Assembly (NCBI GenBank): GCA_038231455.1
Contig: JBBRLI010000001.1
Span: forward strand, 128,001-192,000
Direction: 5' to 3'
Length of the DNA stretch: 64,000 nt
From: Vulcanimicrobiales bacterium
GTDB lineage: Bacteria > Vulcanimicrobiota > Vulcanimicrobiia > Vulcanimicrobiales > Vulcanimicrobiaceae
Positions 19,721-30,473 of this stretch are shown here, piece after piece. The notes beneath the pieces were generated by a model. It was not told the origin of the DNA. It searched no databases and saw only the letters and a program-made list of their open reading frames with translations. Position 1 is the first letter of the stretch. Every line of letters begins with the position of its first letter. Position numbers and translations under genes: made by a program.

Positions 19721-20781
19721 TTACGAGAGGAGGGCGGGGCCAGCGGTGAGATCCGGCGCTTTCCCGCCGTGTTGCTCGACCCAGTGACACGCTGCTTGAT
19801 GGCCGCGTTCGTACTCGATGAACTCCGGCACTTCGGTTTTGCAGCGGTCGAACGCGACGGGGCAGCGCGTGTGAAAACGGCAGCCCGAGGGCGGATTGAC
19901 CGGTGAGGGAATGTCGCCGCTGAGGATAATCCGTTTGCGTCGGCCTTCGATTGCGGGGTTCGGGATCGGGATTGCCGAGAGCAGCGCCTGCGTGTAGGGG
20001 TGCAAGGGGTTGGCGTAGAGCTGATTGCGGTCGGCGATCTCGACGATCTTGCCGACGTACATCACGGCGATCCGGTTCGAGATATGGCGCACGACCGAGA
20101 GATCATGGGCGATGAAGAGGTAGGTCAGCCCAAGCTTCTGCTGCAGATCCTGAAGCAAGTTGATAACCTGCGCTTGGATCGAAACGTCGAGCGCCGAGAC
20201 CGGCTCATCGCAGACGATGAACTTTGGATCGACGGCAAGCGCACGGGCGATACCGATGCGCTGGCGCTGCCCCCCCGAAAATTCGTGGGGATAGCGATTG
20301 GCGTGATACGGCTGTAAGCCGACGATCCGGAGCAACTCTTGGGCGCGGGCCTCGGCGGCTTTGCCTGTTGCGATTTTGTGAATGCCGAGCGGCTCACGGA
20401 TGATATCGCCGACGGTCATGCGCGGGTTCAGCGATGCATACGGATCCTGGAAGATGATCTGCATCTCTTTGCGCAGCGACCGCAGTTCCGTGCTGCCCAT
20501 CGCGCCGACATTGCGGCCTTCGAAGAGAACATCGCCTTTGGTCGCGGGCGTGAGCTGGAGAATAACGCGGCCGACCGTGGTTTTTCCCGAGCCGGATTCG
20601 CCGACCAGGCCCAACGTCTCGCCGCGTTTGATGCCGAACGAAATGCCGTCGATCGCTTTGACATCGCCGACGTGGCGCGAGAAAATGCCGGCGTTGATCG
20701 GAAAATATTTGTAGAGGCCGCGGACTTGAACCAGCTCATCGGTCGCGGGCACGACGCTCTCTGGCGGGCTTGCGAACTGCG

Positions 20782-20785
<4 letters not shown>
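19721..20785 (-). CDS. oppF: Oligopeptide/dipeptide ABC transporter ATPase (OppF/DppF type)
   Basis: [37 protein letters not shown]. Confidence 0.9.
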
Positions 20786-21828
<1,043 letters not shown>

Positions 21829-21904
21829 TAAAACTCCCGGTGGCGGAGCGAGCGAAGAAACATCGTGCCTCGAATCAAATGATGCGGCGAGCTCGGACTG
21901 GAGG

Positions 21905-21923
21905 CCCCACGCAAAGCGTGGGG
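21905..21923. repeat. GC-rich perfect hairpin in the secG-oppD spacer
   Basis: CCCCACGC-AAA-GCGTGGGG. Confidence 0.7.
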
Positions 21924-21955
21924 GGCGCGGAGCGTGAGCGTAGCGCCGTTAAACA

Positions 21956-22002
21956 ACGCTTATCAGCATTTCGGGCTATATGCCCGAAATGCTGATGAGC
22001 GT
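21956..22002 (-). terminator. Long inverted repeat centred on the secG stop codon; possible terminator
   Basis: ATCAGCATTTCGGGC-TATAT-GCCCGAAATGCTGAT (15 bp perfect, 21 bp with one mismatch), followed by TGTTTAA on the minus strand. Confidence 0.6.
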
Positions 22003-22353
22003 GGCAAAGATCACGAACGTGATGGCGACGACGGTCGTTACACGTTGGATCTGGCCTTCGAAGCCCAAGCGCCCTTTATATGCCGATTCGACGCGGCCGC
22101 CGAGTGTGCCGGTGAGGCCCTCGTTCTTGGTCGTTTGAATCGCCAGGAGCAGCACGAGCAGAATCGCCGAGATGATGAAAATCCCGGCGAACGTGTGGGT
22201 GAGCCAGCCGGCATGATCGGCGAGCCACGACTTCGGAACGAAGGTGTAGTTGAAGTTCTGAAGCGCGGTAGGAAGCGGGACGGACGTCGCCTTCGCAGCC
22301 GGCGCCGCAGCAGCGGCAACCGGAGACGCCGCAGCGAGCAGCAGGGTGATCAC
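21976..22353 (-). CDS. secG: Preprotein translocase subunit SecG with N-terminal extension
   Basis: LLVLLLAIQTTKNEGLTGTLGG...IQRVTTVVAITF; AGGAG SD before GTG 22353. Confidence 0.85.
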   Translation of the reverse strand: MITLLLAAASPVAAAAAPAAKATSVPLPTALQNFNYTFVPKSWLADHAGWLTHTFAGIFIISAILLVLLLAIQTTKNEGLTGTLGGRVESAYKGRLGFEGQIQRVTTVVAITFVIFATLISISGI

Positions 22354-22425
22354 GGTGAGAGTGGCTCCTTGAAGATAATCGTGCGGGATTGTATCACGCT
22401 CCCCCACCAGGCGTCCACGGATGGC

Positions 22426-24318
22426 CTAGGACGTGAGGGGTAAGGCGACTTCGATCGCCGCGATGCGAGCGGCCACGTTGTCAGCCGAGAGGCCGACGAG
22501 GGCACGCTGCCTAGCTTGGGTGCTGTGGTGAACGAGGGTATTGGGGACGCCGATTCGCTCGACGTGGACCCCAAGGCCGCGGTCGGCGACGAATTCGACA
22601 ACCGCCGAGCCATAGCCGCCCGCGAGCGAATGTTCCTCTAAGGTGATGAAGCGATCGTGCGTCTGCGCCAATTCGAGGATGAGCGATTCGTCCAGCGGCT
22701 TGGCAAAGCGAGCGTTCACGATCGTCGGCTTGGGACCGCCGGTTGAGGCGATCTGGTCGTAGGCATCGAGCGCGACATCGACGGTGTTGCCGTAGGCGAA
22801 AACGGCCACGCGTTCGCCGCGGCGGAGCACTTCGGAGCGGCCCTGAACGATCGAAGCAACCGGCTCGTCGTGGCGGCCGCTGGTCGTGCCGCGCGGGTAC
22901 CGAATGCCGACCGGCGTGCCCAAACTCAGCGCGTGTTCGAGCATCGGCGCGAGTTCGTATTCGTTGCGCGGCGCCATCAGCGTCATGTTCGGCAGCGTGC
23001 GCATGTAGGCGATATCGTACAGCCCCATGTGCGTTGGGCCGTCGTCGCCGACGAATCCCGCGCGATCGATCGCGAAGATCACCGGCAAATTCTGCACGCA
23101 GACGTCGTGTACGACTTGGTCGTACGCGCGCTGTAAGAACGTCGAGTAGATCGCGCAGACGGGTTTGAAGCCGCTGGCGGCCATCCCCGCAGCAAAGCAC
23201 ACCGCGTGCGCTTCCGCGATGCCAACATCGAAGTACCGGTCCGGGAAGCGTTTGGCAAATTTCGCAAGCCCGGTACCGTCGGGCATGGCCGCGGTGATAC
23301 CGACGATCTTCGAGTCTTTTTCGGCCGCCGCCATTAGCGCATCGGCGAAGAACGCCGGAAACGCCGGCCGCGACTCGGGCTTCTTCTCGATCTTCCCGTT
23401 CTCGATTTGGAACGCCCCAAGACCGTGGAACGTGCGCGCATCGAGCTCCGCTGGCTCGAAGCCTTTGCCCTTTTTGGTATTGACGTGCAAGAGCACGGGG
23501 CCGTTAATTTTGCGCGCGTTCGAGAGCACGTCCACGAGCGTATCGTAGTCGTGACCGTCGATCGGCCCGATGTACCGGAAGCCCATTTCCTCAAAGATTA
23601 CCGCCGCTTTGGAATCGGGCGAGACGAATTTCATCGCGGCGGCCTCGGCGGTCGAGAGCGCTTTACGCGCCGTCTTGCCGAGCGGAACCGCGCCCAAAAC
23701 GTCTTTGGTTTTTTCGCGTGCGAACGTGAAGAGCGGCTTGGAACGCAGCACCGAGAGATACGAGGCGATCGAGCCGACGTTCGGCGCGATCGACATCTCA
23801 TTGTCGTTGAGGATGACGATGAAGTTCGTCTTGAGGCCACCGGCGTTGTTGAGCGCTTCGTACGCAAGACCGCCCGTCAGCGCACCGTCGCCGATCACCG
23901 CGACGATCGTCGAGTGTTCTTTGCGCAGATCGCGCGCGAGCGCCATGCCGAGCGCCGCCGAAACCGATGTCGAGGCGTGACCGGCACCGAAGACGTCGTA
24001 CTCCGATTCCGTGCGCATCGTGAAGCCCGAGAGCCCGCCGCCTTGACGAATCGTGTTGAAGCGCTCGCGCCGCCCGGTCAGCAGCTTGTGCACGTAGCAC
24101 TGATGGCTGACGTCCCAAACGATTTTGTCCGTCGGGAGGTCGAGCACGTGGTGCAAGGCCAGCGTAAGTTCGACAACGCCAAGATTCGGCGCGAGATGTC
24201 CGCCGTTGGTCGAGCAGACCGACACGAGCGTCTCGCGGATTTCCGCGGCCAAGGTGTCGATATCGCCGCGACTCAGGGCGCGGACGTCGGCGGGTGAGTT
24301 GATGCGTTCCAGAACCAT
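22426..24318 (-). CDS. dxs: 1-deoxy-D-xylulose-5-phosphate synthase
   Basis: GGHLAPNLG, GDGALTGG...NDNEMS, DVGIAE, YSTFLQRAYDQ, DGPTH. Confidence 0.97.
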   Translation of the reverse strand: MVLERINSPADVRALSRGDIDTLAAEIRETLVSVCSTNGGHLAPNLGVVELTLALHHVLDLPTDKIVWDVSHQCYVHKLLTGRRERFNTIRQGGGLSGFTMRTESEYDVFGAGHASTSVSAALGMALARDLRKEHSTIVAVIGDGALTGGLAYEALNNAGGLKTNFIVILNDNEMSIAPNVGSIASYLSVLRSKPLFTFAREKTKDVLGAVPLGKTARKALSTAEAAAMKFVSPDSKAAVIFEEMGFRYIGPIDGHDYDTLVDVLSNARKINGPVLLHVNTKKGKGFEPAELDARTFHGLGAFQIENGKIEKKPESRPAFPAFFADALMAAAEKDSKIVGITAAMPDGTGLAKFAKRFPDRYFDVGIAEAHAVCFAAGMAASGFKPVCAIYSTFLQRAYDQVVHDVCVQNLPVIFAIDRAGFVGDDGPTHMGLYDIAYMRTLPNMTLMAPRNEYELAPMLEHALSLGTPVGIRYPRGTTSGRHDEPVASIVQGRSEVLRRGERVAVFAYGNTVDVALDAYDQIASTGGPKPTIVNARFAKPLDESLILELAQTHDRFITLEEHSLAGGYGSAVVEFVADRGLGVHVERIGVPNTLVHHSTQARQRALVGLSADNVAARIAAIEVALPLTS

Positions 24319-24354
24319 AGTAAAGGATTAGACGACGCCCGGCCGTAGACCCGG

Positions 24355-25005
24355 GTGGTGCAGCAGCGACCCCCGCCACCGACCCCGCTCCGGCCGGTGC
24401 CCGTCCGCTTCCGGGCGCGGGTCTGGACCGATGTTGCGCGCATCTTCTCGACGATCTGCAACCCGTTTCTCACGGCGCTCGCACTCTTCGTCATCTTGGC
24501 GTACCAAACGACCGCCACGCCCGTGGCGTTTTGGCTCCAGGTCCTTCAGAGTACGTTCTTCACCTCGATCGCGCCGATGCTCGCGATCTTTTGGATGTAC
24601 GCCACGGGCCGGATCAGCGATCTGGATATGTCGATCCGCGAAGAGCGCTCGAAAGTTTTCGGGATCTTCGTCGTCTTTTACGTGCTGGGGACGATCGAGC
24701 TCTACGTCACGCACGCGCCGAAGATCGTCATCGCGACGATGGCCGGTTATGCGCTCAGCTCGGTGCTCGTTCAGGCGATCACGCAGTACTGGAAGATTTC
24801 CACACACGCACTCGGCGTGACCGCACCGATCGTCGTGCTCATCGCGGTGTTCAGTTGGCTGCCGCTGCCGCTCTTAATTTTGATTCCGGTCGTCGGCTGG
24901 GCACGTGTGTATTTGCACGCGCACACCGTCTTACAAGTGATTGCGGGGACGATCCTCGGCGGAACCTCGACCTTCTTGCTCCTGCGTCTTTTCGGGTTGC
25001 CGTAA
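24355..25005 (+). CDS. PAP2-like integral membrane protein
   Basis: Several TM helices; KISTH and WARVYLHAHTVLQVIAG. Confidence 0.7.
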   Translation: MVQQRPPPPTPLRPVPVRFRARVWTDVARIFSTICNPFLTALALFVILAYQTTATPVAFWLQVLQSTFFTSIAPMLAIFWMYATGRISDLDMSIREERSKVFGIFVVFYVLGTIELYVTHAPKIVIATMAGYALSSVLVQAITQYWKISTHALGVTAPIVVLIAVFSWLPLPLLILIPVVGWARVYLHAHTVLQVIAGTILGGTSTFLLLRLFGLP

Positions 25006-25006
25006 G

Positions 25007-25543
25007 CTAGCGCGCGAGCGGGCGCGCTTGACGCGTGAAGAGCAGCGTCGGATCGCCTTTGAACGACGTAAGGAGCGAATCGCCGAATCCGCATTTTTCT
25101 GCGACGTGAATCGAGGCAAGGTTTGCGGGACTAATGATGCACGCGGTGCGCGCATCGGCAAGCGTCGCATCGCTCCACGCGAGCGCCGCGCGTACGGCCT
25201 CGGTTGCATAGCCGCGGCCAAAGTACGCGGGTTTAAGCGCCCAACCGACTTCGGGAATACCGACGATCGAGGGTTCGATCGGGCGTCGGTGATCGCCGAA
25301 GCCGACATCGCCGACGTAGTGACCGCTCGCGTTTTCCTCGACGATCCAGTACCCGTATCCGAGCAGCTGCCACATTCCGGCATAGCGCTGAAGGCGTATC
25401 CACGTCTCGTCGCCCGTCGAAACTCGGCCGCCGATATACCGTGTCACGAGCGGGTTTGTCCACAGCGCAAGGCAATCGTCAAAATCGTCGGCGCGAACCG
25501 CCCGAAGCGTTAAACGCTCGGTCGTGAGGACGGGCGTCTGCAT
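25007..25543 (-). CDS. GNAT (RimJ/RimL-type) N-acetyltransferase
   Basis: TERLTLR, EVGW...GRGYATEA, NLASIHVAEKCGF. Confidence 0.9.
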   Translation of the reverse strand: MQTPVLTTERLTLRAVRADDFDDCLALWTNPLVTRYIGGRVSTGDETWIRLQRYAGMWQLLGYGYWIVEENASGHYVGDVGFGDHRRPIEPSIVGIPEVGWALKPAYFGRGYATEAVRAALAWSDATLADARTACIISPANLASIHVAEKCGFGDSLLTSFKGDPTLLFTRQARPLAR

Positions 25544-25544
25544 C

Positions 25545-26312
25545 CTAGACGGGGAGACTTTCGGCGTCAGCGACGGCGGCGTGCGGGTCGTTCATCCACG
25601 CGCGGACGTTGGTTTCGAACGCACGAAGATCGCCGTTGGTGAAATACCGTACGGTCCCATTGCCCGGCCTCGTGCAGAGGGCAGCGGCAACGTGCGCTTG
25701 AGCGATCGCCGGATCGACGATCTCCGTCTGTGCCGGTAACAACGCGCGAAAATGCTCGGCGAGCAGCGGATAGTGGGTGCATCCCAAAACGAGCGCATCG
25801 ATCGGCCCCGCGATCTGCGCGATCGCCTCGGCGACCGCGGCGCGAGCTTGCGGCGTTGCGGCGTCGCCGCGCTCGACCAGCGGCACGAGCGCGGGCGCGG
25901 CGATCTCTTGCACGTGAATGTCCGGCGCGTGGAGCGCGATCGTTCGGGCATAGGCGCCGCTACGCACTGTCGCTTGCGTCGCGATCACAGCGACGCGCCG
26001 GTGTGCGGTCCGCGCCAGTGCTCGCGCGGCGTTGTCGATCAAATCGAGTACGCGTTCGCGCGTCGTCGGCCAACCGTACTTTCCGCCGATCGCGCACGAC
26101 GTGTTGCACGCCATCACGATTCCGCCGACGGGAAAGCGTTCGAGAAAGGCGAGGTTCTCACCGAGCAGATGGACCAGATCCGCATCGGTGCGTTCGCCGT
26201 ACGGGACGTGCGCCTGATCGGCGAAGTACACGAGATCTTCGCTGGGAGCGAGCGCACGAACGGCCTTGAGGACGGTCAATCCGCCAAGGCCCGAATCGAA
26301 GAGTCCGAGCAC
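25545..26312 (-). CDS. murI: Glutamate racemase
   Basis: FDSGLGGLTV, HVPYG, ACNTS, LGCTHY. Confidence 0.96.
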   Translation of the reverse strand: MLGLFDSGLGGLTVLKAVRALAPSEDLVYFADQAHVPYGERTDADLVHLLGENLAFLERFPVGGIVMACNTSCAIGGKYGWPTTRERVLDLIDNAARALARTAHRRVAVIATQATVRSGAYARTIALHAPDIHVQEIAAPALVPLVERGDAATPQARAAVAEAIAQIAGPIDALVLGCTHYPLLAEHFRALLPAQTEIVDPAIAQAHVAAALCTRPGNGTVRYFTNGDLRAFETNVRAWMNDPHAAVADAESLPV

Positions 26313-28348
26313 TAGCGCTCGCCCGCCATTGACGCGGTCGCGGGCTGCGATCGCGTAAAGTCGCGCACGCCGTTTGCGATACCCTGTGCTACGTGTTGCA
26401 AAAACTCGGGCGAGCGCATGAGCGATGCGTCTCCGGGGTTGGAGATGAATCCCGTTTCGACAAGGATCGCAGGCATCGTGGTCTTTCGCGTTACGTACAG
26501 GCGGCCGGCGCGGGCGCCGTCGTCTTTGGTTCCAAGCAGCGGGATGAGGTCGCGCTGCACCGCATCGGCGAGCGGTTTATCGATGCCTTTCGAGTAGAAC
26601 GTCATCGTTCCGTTCAGATCGGCCCGCGGGAAGCTATTGATGTGCACGCTGATGAAGAGGCGGGCATTTTGCACGTTCGCAACGTCGACGCGGGCTTGAA
26701 GTTCTTCGGCGTCGGCGGCATTTGCACGCGCCACATCGACATCCGTCGAGCGCGTCATTTTTACCGTCCACCCTTGCGCGACGAGCAGCGCGCGTAAGCG
26801 CAGCGCAATATCGAGCGTGAGCGTCTTTTCGACCAGGCCATTGCCAAGCGACCCGGGGTCGCTGCCGCCATGACCCGGATCGATCACGATGAGTTTGGAG
26901 CCATTCGGCGGCACCGCATACTTCCACGGCGAGCTCGAGCCGAGCGGAGTTGGGTACGCAGACGCTGCCGGCGCGAACGTTTCGCCGGGATACGGCGATC
27001 CGAAACCGCTTGCGGGTGCGGTCGGCGGCACGCCGATGGCACCGCTACCGAATCGCGCTCCTTCGCCGAACGCGCTGCCGTCGATTGCAAGCGAAAGGCC
27101 GCCGTCGAGCGGGACGATTTCGACGCGCCGGTCACCTTTGAGCGTCACGGCGACGCGCACGATCGGAATTGGCGATGTCGCGACTTGGCGTGCGCGAACC
27201 GCATCCACGGCAGCAACGTTCGGGCGTTCGTCGCGACCCGACCCGCTGAGTTGTGCGTTTTTGAAATCGATGTACCAGCGATTATCAGCGAGGCGGTGCC
27301 ACTCGTACGATACCGGTCCGCTCGCCGTTACGCGCACGCTCACCCCATCACCGAGCGGATCGACACCGATGTCGGTGATGGTCACGGGTGCGTTCACCGT
27401 CTCCGGAGTCGCGGTTGCAGCGGGGGCCGATCCTTCGCTCGGCGCGTACGTTGCGGCGGCATTCGGCCCCGGCGTCGGCGCGAGCGTTGCCGCGGCGCGC
27501 GGCGTCCGCACCGGAATCGGGAACGTTTGCGCGATTGCTGGCTGCGTGATTCCCGGCGTGAACCACTCGGGGATTGCCGCACCGAGCGCCGTCCCCGACG
27601 GACCGAAGGCAACGGCGAATTCATTACTCGAGGGCGCGATTGCAAGGCCATGCGCAACACCGGCTGGGCCCTCGATCGTGACCGTGGTTGTGGCGTTTCT
27701 CGGGTTGCCGCTCACCAGCACATCGACTTCGTTTACGGCCCCGCCGTTCAGGCGGCGGGCCTGCGTGAGGGTCGATGCAACGCCGGAGAACGCGATCGTC
27801 ACGCGCTCGGGTGACTCGGAGATCTTCGTATACTTGAGCGGGATCGCGCCCCGGAACGTTAGCGTCGTGCGCTTCGCCTCGGTGCGTACGTCGAGACCGC
27901 CGAGCTGCGGCTGCAAGACCGTCTCGCTACCGATTTTCACCGGCTCGACATACAGTGCGCGCGCGAGTGCGAGAAACGGCACGTAGAGTTCGCCAGCCTC
28001 GAGATACGGCGCAAATGGAGCGCGCGTCGTCACGCCCCCGCCCGCGATCTGTGCATCGCCGATCGTGAGCGTGATCGTGCGCCTATCCGCCGTCGTGACG
28101 ATCGCATAACTTTGACCGGGCGCAAATGCAAGCGTTGCTCCGAGCTTGGCCAAGAATCGCTCGAAGCCCGCATCGTGAATCGGAGCGGCGACATCGCCTT
28201 TGACGGCTTGCGATCGCTCGAGAATCAGCTTGGTGCCGACGAACCAGAAGGCGCTCGCTTCTTGGGCACGCAGCGGCGCCGGCACGCAGAACGCGGCTAG
28301 CGTCAGCGCGAGAAACGCGCTACCAGCTCGAGCGCGAGAGCGGCTCAT
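26312..28348 (-). CDS. N-acetylmuramoyl-L-alanine amidase (Amidase_3) with N-terminal stalk and AMIN-like domains
   Basis: Signal peptide; IDPGHGG, VEK, SVHIN, LVETGF. Confidence 0.92.
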   Translation of the reverse strand: MSRSRARAGSAFLALTLAAFCVPAPLRAQEASAFWFVGTKLILERSQAVKGDVAAPIHDAGFERFLAKLGATLAFAPGQSYAIVTTADRRTITLTIGDAQIAGGGVTTRAPFAPYLEAGELYVPFLALARALYVEPVKIGSETVLQPQLGGLDVRTEAKRTTLTFRGAIPLKYTKISESPERVTIAFSGVASTLTQARRLNGGAVNEVDVLVSGNPRNATTTVTIEGPAGVAHGLAIAPSSNEFAVAFGPSGTALGAAIPEWFTPGITQPAIAQTFPIPVRTPRAAATLAPTPGPNAAATYAPSEGSAPAATATPETVNAPVTITDIGVDPLGDGVSVRVTASGPVSYEWHRLADNRWYIDFKNAQLSGSGRDERPNVAAVDAVRARQVATSPIPIVRVAVTLKGDRRVEIVPLDGGLSLAIDGSAFGEGARFGSGAIGVPPTAPASGFGSPYPGETFAPAASAYPTPLGSSSPWKYAVPPNGSKLIVIDPGHGGSDPGSLGNGLVEKTLTLDIALRLRALLVAQGWTVKMTRSTDVDVARANAADAEELQARVDVANVQNARLFISVHINSFPRADLNGTMTFYSKGIDKPLADAVQRDLIPLLGTKDDGARAGRLYVTRKTTMPAILVETGFISNPGDASLMRSPEFLQHVAQGIANGVRDFTRSQPATASMAGER

Positions 28349-28817
28349 CAAGCTCAAAGTGGCCTCCGGGAAGTGTTGCGACTTTGGCTCCGCCGATCGT
28401 GATGCGCACGGCTTTGATATTCGGCAGAGCGGTCAGGGTCCAAACCAGCGACTTGAATTCACCGTTTTCAGCAAAGCCGCCGGCAGCCGATGAATCGATC
28501 TCTTTTGAGATATCGACATGGATCGTCGAACCCTCAACGTCGACGGCATTCAGGTGCGTTCCAACGGGAAAACGAATCGCATCGACGCCCGGAGCGGGAC
28601 CCGCGAGCGCTTGGGTTGCGGTGTAAAACGCGACGCTCTTGAGATCGCGCGCAGAGCCGAGGCTCACTCGCCACGGCACCTCGCTTTGCCCGTCAAGTTT
28701 GGTGTAGTAGACGGTCACGGTATCGCCCGCTGCCGGCCGCTGACCGAACCACCACCACGCCGCATAGGCGGCGCCCGTAAAGAGTGCGATAAAAATGAGG
28801 ATTCGCAGCGATCTCAC
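28320..28817 (-). CDS. GerMN domain protein
   Basis: N-terminal TM; LAGP...FPVGT...VDIS...SLVWTLT.LPNIKAVRITIGG. Confidence 0.85.
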   Translation of the reverse strand: MRSLRILIFIALFTGAAYAAWWWFGQRPAAGDTVTVYYTKLDGQSEVPWRVSLGSARDLKSVAFYTATQALAGPAPGVDAIRFPVGTHLNAVDVEGSTIHVDISKEIDSSAAGGFAENGEFKSLVWTLTALPNIKAVRITIGGAKVATLPGGHFELDEPLSRSSW

Positions 28818-28878
28818 GGGATGAGAACTTCGGAGAAATGACGAGAACAGCCTGTGGACTTATCGGTGGGGGGCGTGA

Positions 28879-30432
28879 ATGGATAACGGGCCGGGATTTT
28901 TGCCGCACGGAATGTGTTTTCTGTGGGATCCGCGCGTACTCTCGCTCCATGTGATCTCCGATGCGCTTACGGCGATCGCATATTTTTCGATCCCGGTCGT
29001 CTTGATCTGGTTCGCGCGCACGCGCGGCGACCTGCCTTTCCGCAGCGTCTTTATCATGTTTGGCCTGTTCATCGTTGCATGCGGAACGACGCACGTGCTT
29101 TCGATTTGGACGATTTGGCACCCGGACTACTGGCTCTCGGGGTGGGTGAAAGCGCTCACGGCAACGGCCTCGGTCGCGACCGCCATCATCTTAGTGCCAC
29201 TGGTCCCGCGAGCTCTCAAGCTGCGCAGTCCACGTGAACTCGATCAACTCAACATCGCACTGCAACGCTCGCTCGATGAAAAAGACGAACTGCTCGTGCG
29301 TTACCGGCGCGAGCACTTCATCGCCGACACCTTTCAAAGCGCGTCGCTTGCCGCGCATCTGCCGACGGTCGATGGAATCACGTTCGATGCCGTGTATCAA
29401 GCCGGAACGAGCGATCTCGAAGTCGGCGGCGACTGGTACGACGCCTTTCGCTTAGGCGACGGACGGATCGTGATCTCGATCGGCGACGTCGCGGGAAGCG
29501 GCCTCGGCGCGGCGGTGACGATGGGCAGGATGCGTCAAGCGATTCGCGTCGCCGCGCAAATTCAAGTCGAACCCGGCGCCATTCTCACCGCCGCCGATCG
29601 CGCGCTGCGTGCCGAAGAACCCGACCGCATCGTCACGGCGTTTGTGGGCGTGATCGACAACGTGGATGGCACGCTTGCGTATGCATCTGCCGGGCATCCG
29701 GCGCCGCTGTTGCGCCGAGCCGACGGCACGATCGTCGAATTGACGCTCGGTTCGTTGCCGCTCGGACTACGCGAACGCTCGGATGAGGCAAGCGCCACGG
29801 TCGCGCTCGAACCCGGTTCGATTATCGTGCTCTATACCGACGGGTTAACGGAGTCGACGCGCGACGTCATCGAGGGCGAACGCCGCTTACGGGAAGCGCT
29901 CGAGATTCAAGCGGCGGCCGTCTCGGCAAATCCGGCGCGCGAAATTCACGATCTCGTCCTGCATGACGGCGCGCACGATGACGTTGCAATCCTTACGGTG
30001 CGTATTGGAACGACGGCCGTACCCTCCGCGCGGTGGACGCTCGACGTCCGCGATGCCGCCGCCGCAAGCGCGATTCGCGTTGCGATCGTCGCCGAACTCG
30101 TAACGGCCGGAGCGAATACGGAGAGCGCAATGGCAGCCGAACTCGTTTTTAGTGAACTCATCGGCAACGTCGTGCGTCACGCGCCGGGCCGCGCCGAGAT
30201 TCGTCTCGATTGGTCGGGGGGTGCGCCGGTGTTGCACGTGCTCGATGAGGGTCCTGGCTTCCAATACGTCGGCTCACTGCCCAAAGATCTCCTGAGCGAG
30301 AGCGGTCGCGGACTGTTTCTCGTCGGCGCGCTTTCCGATGGGATTTTGGTGTTGCGACGGCCGGGCATCGGGAGCCACGCGCGGGCTATTTTAGCGTTCG
30401 TCAAACGGCCGCTGCGCGCGATGCAAGCGTAA
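28879..30432 (+). CDS. Ethylene-receptor-like 3-TM sensor + SpoIIE PP2C phosphatase + RsbW-like HATPase
   Basis: SDALTAIAYFSIP...FIVACGTTH...VKALTA; GGDWYD, IGDVAG, AGHP, LYTDG, DDVA; ELIGNVVRHA, DEGPGF, SGRGL. Confidence 0.88.
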   Translation: MDNGPGFLPHGMCFLWDPRVLSLHVISDALTAIAYFSIPVVLIWFARTRGDLPFRSVFIMFGLFIVACGTTHVLSIWTIWHPDYWLSGWVKALTATASVATAIILVPLVPRALKLRSPRELDQLNIALQRSLDEKDELLVRYRREHFIADTFQSASLAAHLPTVDGITFDAVYQAGTSDLEVGGDWYDAFRLGDGRIVISIGDVAGSGLGAAVTMGRMRQAIRVAAQIQVEPGAILTAADRALRAEEPDRIVTAFVGVIDNVDGTLAYASAGHPAPLLRRADGTIVELTLGSLPLGLRERSDEASATVALEPGSIIVLYTDGLTESTRDVIEGERRLREALEIQAAAVSANPAREIHDLVLHDGAHDDVAILTVRIGTTAVPSARWTLDVRDAAAASAIRVAIVAELVTAGANTESAMAAELVFSELIGNVVRHAPGRAEIRLDWSGGAPVLHVLDEGPGFQYVGSLPKDLLSESGRGLFLVGALSDGILVLRRPGIGSHARAILAFVKRPLRAMQA

Positions 30433-30473
30433 GGGACGAAGGGACGCGCGTGCGCGCGTCCTAATCGCCCGCC

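Noticed and set aside
19006-19790. Antisense and alternate-frame ORFs (RPAVFLAPAFL repeats, etc.)
   Set aside because: Shadows of the Lys-rich repeat gene; the SD and codon pattern support 19166-19657 +
21841-21856. TGGCGGAGCGAGCG resembling the reverse complement of a tRNA 3' end downstream of secG
   Set aside because: No T-arm (GGTTCGAATCC) or cloverleaf adjoins it
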